IMG/VR virus record: IMGVR_UViG_3300043427_000994 | Length of the DNA stretch: 64,000 nucleotides | DNA from: a virus | Taxonomy: Duplodnaviria > Caudoviricetes | Reading direction: 5' to 3' (one strand) | Shown here: positions 18,301 to 32,200 of the stretch, in pieces | Layout: each line of letters starts with the position of its first letter | Numbering within the stretch: position 1 is the stretch's first letter | The notes under the pieces: model-generated | The model's database searches: none | What the model saw: the letters and a program-made list of their open reading frames with translations, nothing else | What the model was told of the DNA's origin: nothing | Translations under genes and position numbers: made by a program

Positions 18301-21300
18301 TCATATGTTATACTTGAAATCCACAAATTTTAGATATTTTTCTTGGACTTCGTTTAAGTCTGAATCTATGATAAATCTATCAATTTCAAAATCTAATTGT
18401 CTAAAATCAAAATTACTGTTGGTAATATTTTCTAAAATAAATGTTCCTTCTCCCGGCAAGCAGTAACAAATAGGAATGGCTTTAACAAATCCAGTGGCCG
18501 CTGTGCGGTTATCCTGAGGAGTAACCATCCATAACGGTAAAAAGTCATTTTCGGTAATTCCTACTTCGCTGATATTTTTTCTAATATTTTTAATGCTACT
18601 TGGGTAAACATATTCTAAATCGTCACCGCTGATTTTAATATTTCGGCTGTCAATAGTTACTGGAGTACGTATTGGGTCAAATCTATCATAGGCCTGTTCA
18701 TTCATTTTGTCGTTAACAAATGAATTTTCATAGGTAACTGCGCCGTTAGATACAGTGCCTAATTTTCCAGTTACTGGATCTCTTTTTGTTTGATTAATTT
18801 TTACAGGACTATTAGTATCATTAGATAATTTGATTCTATTAGACACACTGCCCTTGGCAGTTTCGTAACCATCCATGACTTCAAGATAAATCACTTCGTA
18901 GAGTATTTCATTGGATCCTTGTTGTTTTGCTATGGCTTTTTTAGTTCCGCCTATTTTAAATCGTTTCCTCTTAGCATTCTTTGAGATGGCCCCAATATAA
19001 TTTGCCATTTCTTTACTTTCTATACCTGCGTAGATTAACATTTTTAAATCAGTTTGAATACCGTATTCAGGGTCACCGAGTCGATATATCTTGTCTGGAG
19101 TAAAAATAGTAGTATCGTTGATAAAGTTATAAAAGAGATCTCGTTTTTCTTTCTTTGGTAAAGGTTTAGTATAGATATTACTGTATAGTGTTAGATCGTT
19201 GGCTCCTACTCTTAATAAAAATTCTCTGTTCACTGAGCTAAATCTAAACTGGTCTTGTGCGTTAATGGTAAATTTATAAACTCGATCAAAGGTGGTAGTA
19301 TTGCCGTCAAAGGTAGTAACGCCGTCACTATAATCAAATAAGGTAAATCCTGAGATCGAATTTGATCTAAACTGATTAATTTTCCCAATAATATTTCCAG
19401 TTTCGGATAATGTTAATCCTGATGGAAGATTACCGTCAACTAAAGAATATCTTAAAATAGCATTAGGTACAGTAGTTCTTGCTTCTACTTTTAAAATACT
19501 TGGGTAACTTGGTCTAATATCACCTAGGTCAGCATCTGTTAAGAAATTAATAACACTGTCAACTTCACCAAGAATTGCTATGTCAAAAGTTTTAGCACTG
19601 CGTTGAGTTGAAAACTCTTCAGACACTGGCTGAAAATAAGACTTACGTATTTCGTACCCGTCAATAATATTTGTAATTAAATTTTCTTTGAGTTTTAATT
19701 CTGCGTAGTCACCACCTAGAATATCTTCACTGATGTAACCGTCTATAGTATATACTGTGGGTCCAATACGAATTGTGTCACCTATTAAAAATGAAGGGTC
19801 TTCTGAAGGTAACGGAAGTATTCTTAGAAAATTTTGTCCCACAGGAGCATCTGCGGCAACAACAATAATAATTTCTATCTCAGTTAGATCTTCTTTGTCG
19901 TACTTGATAGCATCTATGGTAAATTTAAAATTCTTAGTAATTGCTGGTTGATATGGAATAAAACCAAAAATTTCTCCAGTATTCGTATCTAAAAATAAAC
20001 CATCTGGTAAACGACTAGCAGTTAAATCTGGATTAATTGTTCTAAGACTGTAAGTAACAGGACCAATAGCCGGATTAGGATCAAATGTATCTAATGAAAT
20101 AGTAATGTAGTTATTTGCTCTACGTAGACCTAGGTTAGAAGCACTTAACCATATAGGAGCTCTTAGATATGTTGCGTCGCCAGTAAATGCGGAATTACCT
20201 ATTTGTACTATGGTATTATCAGATCTTAAAAAGTCATCTCCAACTACAAATATTCTAAATCTTCTTTTTGACACAGTTTCGCCGTCAGTGACACTGACAA
20301 TAAATTCATAATTGCGATTTAGTTTACGGGGAGTAACTACATTTAGATAATTAGGATCGGATATATTTGGTCTTGTTCCGAAGTCGTATGGGTAAGCATC
20401 AAATAAGTTTGTGTCATAAAATCCTTCTCGAGCCGTTAAATCTAAATTTAAAATAGGATCTACAATACCATAAATTCTTCCGTTGGTGTCTAAGGTTAGT
20501 CCTGGAGGTAAATCGCCGTCACCATCTGCGATAAAGTATTCTAAAATTTGTCCAGAAGATAGATCGTTATCAATAGCCTGTAATTGAAAATCTACAAGAC
20601 TGTTGTCCAACACAAAAGTTAAAGGTTGATTTTTTAATGTAACAGTACCTATGGATGATTTTAACGGAGTATCGGCACCCGGTCTTCTATACACTATTTC
20701 GGTGCGTAATCGTTGGTTATAAGTTTCTTCAGAGTCTCCAGGATTAACTTCTGGTTGTAACAGTTCAGCCCCGTTGATATTAAAAGTTCCATCGCTACAA
20801 ATAATGTCTACACGATTGCCGTATAAAAAATTATGGGGTATTTCTGTAATCGCAGTACAGATATTACTTGTTCTTTTTACTTGAACAATATTAGATATTC
20901 TAGCAGTATAAGGACCTACTGGCAGTTGACCAGAAGGCTGTGTAAATGTTTCGTAATATTCTAAATTAGGCGGAGTAATACCGGTGGCTGTTTTTATCAC
21001 TAGATATTCTTTATTATTATATCTAATTACAGCACCTGGATTAAATGTTTGCGTTGGTGAGTAATCTCTAACAGATATACTAGGATCTTGACCTGGTGTA
21101 ACCCACTGTGGTGAATCAGGACCTGCTACAGTAATAGCAAAGGTTCGATCGCTGACTTCGTTATCTTTTTTAGCCCGTATTACAAACGTACTTTTAACAC
21201 TTCTAGAAACTTCAAAAGTGGATCCTACGATCAACCATTTTTCTTGAACAGTGTTATAAACTAATCTCAACCCGCCGGGCAATTTTCCTGAAATTATAGA

Positions 21301-21456
21301 AAAAGTAACACCCGTAAGATCGGCCAGCGGATCAATAGGTAAATCTATATCAAGAGATGTTCTTTCAGGAAATTCTAAGGTAGTTTTAGTTACACCGTTT
21401 TCTTGATAGGTGTAGATGAATTCGTAACCGGACGGTTGATTCCATATATTAAGCAT
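18301..21456 (-). CDS. baseplate/virion structural protein with Ig-like (He_PIG-like) repeats
   Basis: 1051 aa; repeated G.LP.GL.L...G.I.G motifs (GKLPGGL, GDLPPGL, RLPDGL, GNLPSGL). Confidence 0.75.
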   Translation of the reverse strand: MLNIWNQPSGYEFIYTYQENGVTKTTLEFPERTSLDIDLPIDPLADLTGVTFSIISGKLPGGLRLVYNTVQEKWLIVGSTFEVSRSVKSTFVIRAKKDNEVSDRTFAITVAGPDSPQWVTPGQDPSISVRDYSPTQTFNPGAVIRYNNKEYLVIKTATGITPPNLEYYETFTQPSGQLPVGPYTARISNIVQVKRTSNICTAITEIPHNFLYGNRVDIICSDGTFNINGAELLQPEVNPGDSEETYNQRLRTEIVYRRPGADTPLKSSIGTVTLKNQPLTFVLDNSLVDFQLQAIDNDLSSGQILEYFIADGDGDLPPGLTLDTNGRIYGIVDPILNLDLTAREGFYDTNLFDAYPYDFGTRPNISDPNYLNVVTPRKLNRNYEFIVSVTDGETVSKRRFRIFVVGDDFLRSDNTIVQIGNSAFTGDATYLRAPIWLSASNLGLRRANNYITISLDTFDPNPAIGPVTYSLRTINPDLTASRLPDGLFLDTNTGEIFGFIPYQPAITKNFKFTIDAIKYDKEDLTEIEIIIVVAADAPVGQNFLRILPLPSEDPSFLIGDTIRIGPTVYTIDGYISEDILGGDYAELKLKENLITNIIDGYEIRKSYFQPVSEEFSTQRSAKTFDIAILGEVDSVINFLTDADLGDIRPSYPSILKVEARTTVPNAILRYSLVDGNLPSGLTLSETGNIIGKINQFRSNSISGFTLFDYSDGVTTFDGNTTTFDRVYKFTINAQDQFRFSSVNREFLLRVGANDLTLYSNIYTKPLPKKEKRDLFYNFINDTTIFTPDKIYRLGDPEYGIQTDLKMLIYAGIESKEMANYIGAISKNAKRKRFKIGGTKKAIAKQQGSNEILYEVIYLEVMDGYETAKGSVSNRIKLSNDTNSPVKINQTKRDPVTGKLGTVSNGAVTYENSFVNDKMNEQAYDRFDPIRTPVTIDSRNIKISGDDLEYVYPSSIKNIRKNISEVGITENDFLPLWMVTPQDNRTAATGFVKAIPICYCLPGEGTFILENITNSNFDFRQLDFEIDRFIIDSDLNEVQEKYLKFVDFKYNI

Positions 21457-21503
21457 TGTTTAATCCCCGATACTGTATTTATCGGCATCGGGCGATTAAA
21501 AAA

Positions 21504-22688
21504 TTACCAAGTAGTTTCGTTAAATGCTACTCGTACCCAGATATCAGGCTGAGGATCTGGACTAGCATCAGTCCATGTAGCAACACAACGATATATGTAC
21601 TCGTTAGTAATAATTACCGCTCCTTCTTCGTCGCCGTCTTGTCCTATTGATGAGGTAGGAGCAGAACCAGTACTTACAAACAGTTGATTATTTAGGTTAA
21701 TAGTACCATTGACTGTAACACCACCACCGTCAGCAACTAACGGAGTTACGTCGTATGATTCGCTTAGAGAATTATAAACTTTGACGTTAAATCCTGGCTT
21801 ATCTGATAATGTGCTCTGAGAATATGCTTCGACTTTAACTAAGTTTTCAGTGATAGTTCCGTTGTTTACTTTAAATTCAATTCCTGAACCCGAAAAGGCA
21901 AAATCAAGAGCCTTAGTGTCAATGACTAGACCAATACCTCGAGCGCCTGTGGTCAACTCGTCGTTGACATTAACTGTCATTGGAGAGCCAACTAAAGTGT
22001 TGACTGTGGCAACTCCGGCTACTGTGACATTTTTAAATGTCGATTCGCCGTTAGTTACGTCGATGCCATTTGAAAAATTCGTATTTGGGGTTACGGTTAA
22101 GTCGCCTGATGTTGTAGTGATAGAAGCAGTAGTTATATCACCAGTAAAACTTGATCCAGTAATAGCGCCAGTGACTGCTAAACTAGTCAGTGTTCCTAAC
22201 GAAGTAATAGCAGTCTGTGCCGCACCTGTAACAGTAGCCGCAGTGCCGCTGACGTTTCCTGTTACGTTGCCAGTTAATGGACCACTAAATGAAGTAGCAG
22301 TTACAGTACCTGTGATATTAATATCACCTGTTCCTGTGATATCATTAGTGTTAAGATCTAAATCACCACCTAACTGCGGAGTTGTATCTTCAACTACGTT
22401 TAATAAACCACCGTCTAATACAACGGATGCATTAATTCTGTTAGCACCGTCTTGTGTTTCACCATACGTAAAGGTGATATTTGAATTGGTACTATTACCA
22501 GCAACCAAGGCTGCGCCTATCGCATCTACTGCGTTTTCATCGGTATAAGCAGTAACAGGAATTCCTCCAGGTGTAGTACCATTGCCAACAAACACTTGAT
22601 TTAGTGTTGCGTCAAAAATAATTTCTCCTGGTAAAAAGGTAATTGCTAGTCTTTCTGCGGTAGTTCCTCTACGGATCTGTAATGCCAT
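21504..22688 (-). CDS. tail fibre-like protein with Mtd-like N-terminal module
   Basis: MALQIRRGT...GEIIFD...FVGNG N-terminus; T/G-rich shaft. Confidence 0.7.
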   Translation of the reverse strand: MALQIRRGTTAERLAITFLPGEIIFDATLNQVFVGNGTTPGGIPVTAYTDENAVDAIGAALVAGNSTNSNITFTYGETQDGANRINASVVLDGGLLNVVEDTTPQLGGDLDLNTNDITGTGDINITGTVTATSFSGPLTGNVTGNVSGTAATVTGAAQTAITSLGTLTSLAVTGAITGSSFTGDITTASITTTSGDLTVTPNTNFSNGIDVTNGESTFKNVTVAGVATVNTLVGSPMTVNVNDELTTGARGIGLVIDTKALDFAFSGSGIEFKVNNGTITENLVKVEAYSQSTLSDKPGFNVKVYNSLSESYDVTPLVADGGGVTVNGTINLNNQLFVSTGSAPTSSIGQDGDEEGAVIITNEYIYRCVATWTDASPDPQPDIWVRVAFNETTW

Positions 22689-22700
22689 TCTATTATCTCC

Positions 22701-23276
22701 TTATATGGGTGGAAGTTGTCCAGCGTCAATACTCACTGGGCTAGGGTTTGTAAAAGTCCCCATATCTGTGCCTATTTCAAATAACAAGTAAGAAATAGGG
22801 TCAGTAAACGTTGGACGCATTGCCCCATAATCAAATGTATTTACCTGTCTATTCAAAACACTGACATTCACTGGTTGGCTACCAAGTAATTCGTTAGGTC
22901 CTGTAACAGTACCTATAAGATTGCCCTCGACATTTCCAATTAATGTTCCAATATTGACTATATCTTGCTCATTAAAATCCACTGAACTTTCTGGGTAAAA
23001 ATCTAAAGAAATAGATTGATCAGGATTAACTACTAACCTAATTGGATCTACATCTTGAATACTTCTAAATCTAAAAACATCGTTAACTTTATTAATAAAC
23101 AGGCCCTGCCCTGCTCCAATGTTCTGTCCTGATGTTGGCGCTAGGCCGTTGTTAAAAAGGAATTCAACGCTGTCTTTGACTTTACGGAACGCTTCTCGAA
23201 GGTCATCCCCAGTACCGTCATTGACTACGTTGCCTAAATTAATTTCTTCTATATTTGAACCATCATAAATTGGCAT
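22701..23276 (-). CDS. virion structural protein (T4 gp9/gp10-like N-terminal motif)
   Basis: INLGNVVNDGTGDDLREAFRKV. Confidence 0.7.
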   Translation of the reverse strand: MPIYDGSNIEEINLGNVVNDGTGDDLREAFRKVKDSVEFLFNNGLAPTSGQNIGAGQGLFINKVNDVFRFRSIQDVDPIRLVVNPDQSISLDFYPESSVDFNEQDIVNIGTLIGNVEGNLIGTVTGPNELLGSQPVNVSVLNRQVNTFDYGAMRPTFTDPISYLLFEIGTDMGTFTNPSPVSIDAGQLPPI

Positions 23277-23288
23277 AATATTTTTCCT

Positions 23289-26200
23289 TTAGAATCTTCC
23301 TACAACAACTTCAATAACGCCTTCATTGAAATCATCTTTATCTTGTACTGCTTTTCCAACGATTGTACCTGACTCAGGTGAGTTATTAACTGTAGCATAT
23401 CCTTGTTTAGCACTGGTCACTAGTATATCACCTTTGCTGACTTTTCCTACAACCTTACAAGGTACGCGACCTGTTAAGCCTAGCGCAACTACATTTTCAC
23501 CTGTTAAGTTAGCGTTCATCAAATGCGCTGGATTAGTAGATACTACACCTGCTACTCTAGTATCACCTTTAGTGCTAGTTACAGTAACTTCGTTAGCGCC
23601 ACCAAATACTAACACAGTTCCTGGTTCGTACTGCGCATCTGCTTGATAGTTTTCTGCTAAGTCAGCATAACGAGCACTGGTAGCAGTACCGTTATAGATA
23701 CCACTGTTGTCAATCCATGATACATCTGAACCGCCTCTGCGGAAACGTACAACTTCGGTAGAATCATTACCAACGTTAACGTACCAACGATTGCTGTGAT
23801 ATTCAAGTTTACCAGTGCCAGCGGCCGCATCGCCGGTCCAAGTAGTAGTGTTCTGTCTAATACTAGAACTAGCGTTCATAGTTAACTGACTAGTAAAAGT
23901 CAAAGAACCTATTGATGATCCACTTAAGAATGTTGCTACCTGTTGACCCGATGCTGTACGATAGAAGTTATCACCCTTCTTAGTCATTACACCAGTAACT
24001 GCGGCAGCAGTAGATGTATCATCAGAAGAATTAAAATATGTAGCATTGCTGTATCTAGCGTTGGTATCACCGTTGCTGTCACGCAATACAATTCTATCAC
24101 CAGTTGCGGATGTTGTGGCAGCAATAGTTGCCGAGTTGGCCTGACTAGTAATTGTAGCCGCATTTCCTGAAATACTACCTTGAATAGTATTTGTAACAGT
24201 TAAGTCTAAAGTACTAATTCGACCACTTACGCCAACACCGCCAGTAACTACTAGCGTACCACTTGTAGTATTTGTTGAAGCGGCATTCTGTGTAAACGTT
24301 ACAGCGTTATTAGCAGTTAATGTTGTAAATGCTCCACTACCTCTAGTAGTACCACCGATGTTTATGTTGTTAATAGTACCAGTTGACGCAGGTGCTATAG
24401 TTACAGAACCTGTGCCAGTTGGACTTAATGTAACATTAGCATTAGCAGGACTAAATGTAGCGGCCGCTGCCGATGTAATAGCATTGACACTTAGAGTACC
24501 TGTGGTAGTTATTGTTGAAGTTGAATCAGTATTACCTGATGCTTGTAAGAATTTAACACCACCAGGAGTAAACATATCTAAGGTAGTACCAGTTGTGTCT
24601 AAAGTTTTATAACCGTCAACCTCTAACTGTGCCACGTCAACAACACCTGATCCGTCTGATTTGATTAAACTGCTGGCTTGACCTGTTGTAGAAATGTTTA
24701 TAGTGCTGTATGTATTAGGAGTTATCGCAGTCATTATTAATGCGCGACCTTCACCGCCTACAGAGCCTGGCGCAAAACTAGCATTTTTAATACCATCACC
24801 GTCAGTGACTACCTGTCCAGGAGTAATTTCGTATGGAGTTCTTGATGATCCGCTTCTATTACCTAAAACTGATCCAGTGCCTATCTGTTGAATGTTATCT
24901 AACCTAACACCGTCAGCAATGGCTGTTATACTAGTAGTACTCACAGTTTGGCTGGTACTTACAGTATAAGTTCCTGCTCCGCCTGATCCAGTACCAAACG
25001 CAATAATTCTAGTACCGCCAATGACACTGGTACCTGATATTATCTGTCCAATAGCAATAGTACCAATGCTTGGAGCACTGGCAGTTAATGTAGTACCGCT
25101 GATACTACCTGAAAATACTGTGCTAGATGTTGTTTGTAATCTTACAAAACCATCTATGGCTGTAAACTGTGTCCAATCAAATGCTGATAAACCTTTATTT
25201 GCCTGTGTTATGCCACTGGCACTTGAGCGTACTGTGGCATCGCTCATAGCCAATTTACTTTGTTCTATACCAGCACTGGCATTTACATCAATGTTAAGTA
25301 TGGCTCCAGGTTTAATATTCAACGCTAAGTTCTTACCACTTAGGCTTGTTTGTATGTCGCCTGTGGTAATTGTTTCAGCGTTGACCCATTTAGTTCCATT
25401 ATAGACTAATAAGTTATTAAGAGTTCTTGCTGGACTAGTTGAAGTGTCTACACGTAGATTAGATAACTCTTGAACATCAACATAAGATCTAGTAGCCGCA
25501 TCGCTGTCTGTTGTAGGATCTTGTAAGTTAGCAATTCTGAAACCGCCCATGTTTAATGGATCTGGACCAGTAAACGCTAGAATACCTGATCGATCCATGT
25601 ACCCTGGACCAATTAATTGACTAGAGTCAAGTACCACATTGGTTCTATCCATGCCAAGACGTCTGTCAATATAACCCTGAACAGCCGCCTCAGTTGGTAG
25701 CGCATCGTTGGCACCGTCAGTAAATCTGTCATCGTTTGAGAATTCACTGACTGTAACACCGCGCTTAAATCCTAAGCCGTCTAAGTTTGATAACGCAATA
25801 CTTGCCGCAAATGTTACACGACCAGTACCTTGGTCAACTGTAAAGAATCGACCTACACGGAAAATACCGTCTTGGTCTGTGGTTACATAGAAACAGCGTC
25901 CTCTTGTACGTTCTTGAACTTCACGTGCTTGGTTAGGCTCTTTAGGAGCACCATAGATCTTAGCAGGATAGTTTGTACTGTTGTATCCACCAGTACCGAT
26001 ATCTAAGAAGTCATGACCAGTAACACGACATGTTGAAATTCTAACAATAATTTCTACAGGTTCTGTAGATGCTAAACCAGCACGTAATGTTGGAGGCTCA
26101 GCAATGTCTAAGTTAGTTAAAGGATCAACTGGAGTGTTAATACCACTTGGCGTAGTTCCTGATAGACTTTTTTCAGTTACATCTGCTAATCTAATAATAG

Positions 26201-29200
26201 CATAACCGGCTAACAATCCTAAGTCTTGATAACTTAAGATTCTATGTACCTTTCCGTCCCAGGCCATGATCATTTCGCCTGAGTTTAGTCTGTCCTCTAC
26301 TGATACCTCATTAACTCGAGCAACTGCCAGTGAAGTATCACCGATGCTGTATCCTAATGTTTTTGCCGGGTCAGTTGGATCAACATTACTAGTATACTCT
26401 CCTTCGACTAATAATTTAATATAATCGTAGGTTGTATCAAATCCTAGAACAGATTCGTCAAGCGCCAAATCTTCATTTAATGGACCTTTATTACCGTAGG
26501 CCAATACTCGATAAACAATAGCATCAGTAGCGTTTGGATCTCCCACAAATGTTAATGCTGTACTTGGGCGAACTGGATTAGTATCATCAATTTCGTAGTA
26601 TTTGAAGTTTTGATTACCACGTATAACAATTGGTTGATCATCGATTAAGTCTACTGCTAAACCGTTGGCAGCAGTGTCGTTGTTTCCGCCTGTGTTAATA
26701 TTAAGTCTTAGAATGTTTCCTCTACCCCAAATAGTTGGTGTACCACCGGTTACCCAGTTACCAGGATTTGTTGGGTATTCTAATGTCACGGAAGTAGTAG
26801 TTGATGCTGTGGCTCTATAAGTTCCGTTAAAAGCTCCCACAGTTGAACCAATCACTGTATAGACATCTAATCTTGGAGTATATGGTACTGCGGTAAATGA
26901 ATATGTTACATAATATTTTCCGCCTGTTGGTCCTGTTTTTACAGGAGTACCTGTGATACTACTAGGTAAAGTGCTGGATACATCAGTAACAGATGCTACT
27001 TCATAACGAGCAATACCGTTTCCAATAACAGTATCAACAGCAATACTAAATCCACCTCCGGTGCCACCAATGTTAGAAGCACTAACACTGATAGAATCTG
27101 TATCTTTGTATCTAAATCCTCCGCTAACTAGGGCAACTGTAGTAACAGCGCCGCCGGAAACAACAATGTTAACTAATGCGCCAGTGCCTGTTCCGCCTGT
27201 AACAGGAACGTTAATATAGGTACCATTGGTATATCCACTGCCGCCAATTAATGTTGATTGATCTAATTCAGTAATAACTCCCGAACCGTGATTAATTTCA
27301 ACTTCGGACACGTTGTAAGGAGCATAATCATGTTGATAAAAATAAACTGCTAGATCGTCTTTGTTGTTGTCTGTAGAATATAAATCTTTTTTGTAAACAC
27401 GAGCCACTTGGATCATATTATCAGATAAGAAAGCCTTGTCTGGAACTTCCAACGGATCTGAACCTTCCGAAATAATACCAAACTCGCCGTGTGCGTTAGA
27501 ACCGTTCAATGAACGAATCTGTCCACCGTTGTTGGCATAGTAAGCAGTCCAGCAGTAGTAACTGAAAACAGAAACAGTTTCAATTAAACCGATGTTTGTA
27601 GCAATCAATCCATAACCAAGGTCATTGATCTGCGTAAAGTCATTTGAACACATACTGGTGTTACCGGCACTTAATAACATAATTGAACTGATATATTCAA
27701 TCTTAGTAGTTCCGCCACCGAATGATCCTGGATCGCTTGGGTAACGGAATGTCATAGTATTAACAGTTGATGCCACGCACTCTACTGAATCACTGTTATA
27801 GTCAGTGTTTAGATTACCATAAATCCTATATCGAGTCTTAGTTAGAGGATTCGGAGTATGCGGAGTAATACTTAATACGACATCCCATGAACCGTCACCA
27901 ACTCCTGAGTCTGCTTTACTGACAAAACCTGTGACACTAAATTCTAAAGGATTAGTAATAGGTGTTGTGTCAGATAATGTTAGTCTATAGACTGGATAAA
28001 CAATAGGTTTGGCTCCAGCCAATACGCTGTCGTAATCAACATTAGGATCTTGTATAACTTCTACAATAAGATCCATTAAGTTACCTAATTGAACAATTTG
28101 ACTAGTTCCATCTAAATCAGCATCAAATGTTTGTGTAATTGGATTAGTTACACTGTTTGCTTCTTGGAAATTAATTAATGGTGCTTCTTGTCTAAGAACC
28201 TGCTGAGCAACATATTTGGCATAGTTAATAGCATCAACGGTTTCCTGTAACTGTTCGTTAATAACAACTCTTGAACTTACCGAGCCAACAAAATATCTCT
28301 GAGCCGCACGTATGGTCAAGTATGTTCCACCGTAGAGCAAATCAGATGATACGTTTGATACAATAAATCCAACGTCACGACGACAAATTTCTTCGTTATA
28401 GACAAAATCGTTTCCGTAGTTGTCGTTAATAAATGTTGTAACCTGTGTACCTAACGAAGTTTTATCTGTTTCTAAAGTGTTTCTTAATGTTACCAAAGTA
28501 GAGCTTACCCAAGTAGTACTTGGCTCAATGGTACTAGGAATAGATCCAAGACCATCATCAATGATATCTATAATTTCTTGTATTCTTGTTCCAGCAAATG
28601 CTGACGCACTAACAGAGCCCGCGGCACCTCTAATTTGTGGTACAATAACTTGTAATGGACTTATAGTTGAATCAATGGCAATCTGTTCAACTAGTGATTT
28701 TAAATATCCATAGGTTGCTAATGTAGCGGCCTTTTCGCTAAGAGCAACTTGTAATGTTGCGCCTACATAATAAGCAACACCGGCAATTAATGTCTGTAAA
28801 TTACCTTCATATGTTAAATCATATTGCAAGGCATCCAAAATATAATCAATATCTCGACGACATAGTTCTGGATCATATGAAAGACCAGGATAGTTATTTG
28901 TGATATACTGTATTAATTCTGCTTTGATAAATGATCTATTTTGTTCAATTAAATTACGAGCATTTTGATATCCTAAAGAATAACCAGTTGGACTAGGAAT
29001 AACATAAGTTGGAACTTCGTCTTCACCATAGGTAATAATATCTATGATAGTATTCATGTTATTAGTCACAGACGATAATGCTGTAGTATTGCTACTTACT
29101 AATGCTGTAACTAGTGTCTTGAGATAATTAAAGGCATCAATAGTAGCGGCCTTTTGACGTCCAACTGCGACGCTGGCATTACCTCGATAATATGATCTTC

Positions 29201-32200
29201 CAGCAACTATAGAAGCAAAGTTACTGCCAAACATTAGATCGTAGCCTAGAGCTTCAACGGTATAACGAATATCTCGTTGACACTTGGCTTCGTCATATTC
29301 AAAACTTACATATTTGTTATTAAGATAAGCAATAGTTTCAGCCTGTATAAATTCTCTGTTGGCTGTTAATAATGCTCTAGCATCTCTGGCTACAGTTGGA
29401 GGATTACCCAACACATCAAACATTTCATCAAACAACTCGTCAATTCTTGGCTGTGCCGCAAGACCGTCGGTATATTGTGTATCAATAAATTGTAATACAG
29501 CCTGTTGATATCTCACTGATGGAGACTCATTTTTGACCACCGATTTAATTACAGTTTTGATATAATCAATGGCCGCTAGTGTATTTTCAAGTTGAGAATC
29601 AATGACAATCTTAGAACTAGCACTGGCATTAAAATAAGATATTGCCGCCTGTACAGTTTTTAAATTTCCGCCATAATAGATATCATGGGCGATCGCTTCT
29701 GCGATATACCCTGTGTCTCTAGCGCAGGTATTTTGATTGTAACTGTATCGTTGATCTAAATATAGAATAGTGTTTGCTTTAAGACTTTCTTTTCTTGACA
29801 ATAATAAATTTCTACTGTCTAATATACTGCTGTCAACACCGCTGAATCCTGGATATTGGAATGCCGGTGCGGCAGTTCTACCACCTAAAATGATTGTATT
29901 AATAGAACTCATTAAGGTAGCAATTCTTGAAGCCTCGGTAGGACTTCCCGGATTGTCCAAATCAAATACCTGTGTTACTACGCCAGCGCCTTCTCCTTGC
30001 TTAGGAAATTCGATTTCAGTATTAGTAACCACTGCCTGGGCAACCTGACTAGCATAACCTAACGCGGCAGTAGTTTGTAAAGTTTGTCCAGGAATTAAAA
30101 GGTTTCCATTGCCGTCATAGTATTGTAATCCTGCTTCAACGGTAGCACTGTTACCACCATAAAGGATATCATAGATTACAGAATAGACAATATATTCTGT
30201 GTCTCGGCGACATTTATCTTCGTCATAGATAAAATCTGGATATAGATCTGAGATAAACGCAATGGTTTCTTCTTTGATAAATTCTAAGTTATCTAACAAT
30301 AGGTCTTTTGAATTTACTTTAGTAGTTGCTGTACCAGCCGGAATACCCCAAGTGATCTCATCGCTTGATTCTATGCCATTATCGATAATATCTAAAATTT
30401 CATCAAAACTATTTTCTGCTCTAGTTCTGGCAACGCTGTTGGCTACTAAAATTTCACTGATTAAACTCTTAGTATAGAGTAAAGCATCGATGGTCTGTGT
30501 TTTCTGATCTGGCAGTGTATCATATTGTGTGCCGCGATAATATGCTTGCCCGGCACGTATAGCATTAAAATTTGTACCTAATGTTAAGTCGTAACTTAAA
30601 GCATCAACTATTAATCCAACGTCTCTAGCGCAGGTAGTTCTATTAAATTCAAATTGAGGACTTAGCTCGGTGTTAATATAACCAATAACCTCTGCTTTGA
30701 TAAATTCAATGTTTCTACGAATTAACTGTCTTGAGCCCCCGTAGCCATTGCCATCATCGGTATATGCGTCAATTTTAAAAGTTCTACCGTCGACTACAAA
30801 CGAACAAGGCACTGTTGGAGCACGTTCGGAACCAGTTACTAATAAAACAGTGTCTGTAACTTTCTGATTTACTCTCATTGGAATGTTACCAGCAAAGCCG
30901 TCAACAAACTGTCCGCCAGCAAATCTTTGTTTGTTTAGTGATCCAGAAAATGAACCAGACTGCTGAATGTAAGCAGACTTGGTTAAAATTTGACCTTCGG
31001 GATCAAGAACCATCATAAATCCGCCGTGACCTTGACAGGTTATTTGACGAATAATAATAGCATCATTACATAAGAATACGTCGATGTCTCTGTTGTTTTT
31101 TGGTTCGCTTAGTGGATCGCTAGGATCTGTTAGATAATGATATCCGTACTCTGTGCTGGCTAACGTTAAACCATCAAATGTTTTATCTCTACGGAACCAT
31201 ACGTCAACCCACGGACTGCGACTTGGACGATCTGCTGGTCGAATAATACATCTACGTAATTCGTCACCAACAATGGCAACGTTGGCTGGTATTCGGATTG
31301 GATAATCTTCTTCGTAGATACCTGATTCTACAATAATACTGATCTGTATTTTTTTAACTGCTTGATCAAATTCTAAGTTTTCGCCTTCAACAAACTCACC
31401 TTCGACGTCATATAAATCAAAATAGTCTTCACCAATAACTGAGGTACCATCTGCTCCGTAGTACTGATAAACAAATCCTCGAGCACCACTGATACGTCCA
31501 ACTACAATTTTTCCTGAGACAATATCTGGTTTTGGTAGTTGGCCTTGGTCAACTCGATTTCCACCAAAGTTAGTAAAAAATACTCTAGTAGTGCCACTGA
31601 CACCGGACTCAATTCTAGTTACTTCTGAAAATGCCGCACCATCGTTATAAGCAATTAACTGTCTATAAGGACCAGTTTCCCATGGCGCCGCATTGACTAA
31701 TTCTTCTGCTTTTTGACAGGCCTTGTTGATACTGCGATACGAGTAAGAACGATCGCGTCCTTCTTTTCCTAACGGTGTTCTTGATTGATTGTCATCTCCC
31801 TGTGTAGTAACAAACAAATTAACTTGACTCGAATACGAAGCATTATCAACATAGTATTTTGTTGCGGCTTGTAAATCGTCTGGACCGTTTGGTGTTCCTT
31901 GACCTGCTAGTTGTCCAGGATGGTCAGCAAGATTTAATATACCCTGCATATTTCCGCCAGTTTTTAATACAACTTCACTGGCACGTGGTACTTGAGTTCC
32001 TGTGGCGTTTGCTGGAACATTTAAATGTCCGGACATTGTGTCGCCGTTGACGTTTACATATTTGTTATCAGCATAGCCTTTGTTAATAGCAAAACTGTCA
32101 ATGCTATAATTAGAACTATGTCTTGAATTAAAATCGTTTACGGCTGTAATAAATTCTGTGTTGTTAGTTGGAGAACGTAGTCCACCAATTAATTGATTCT

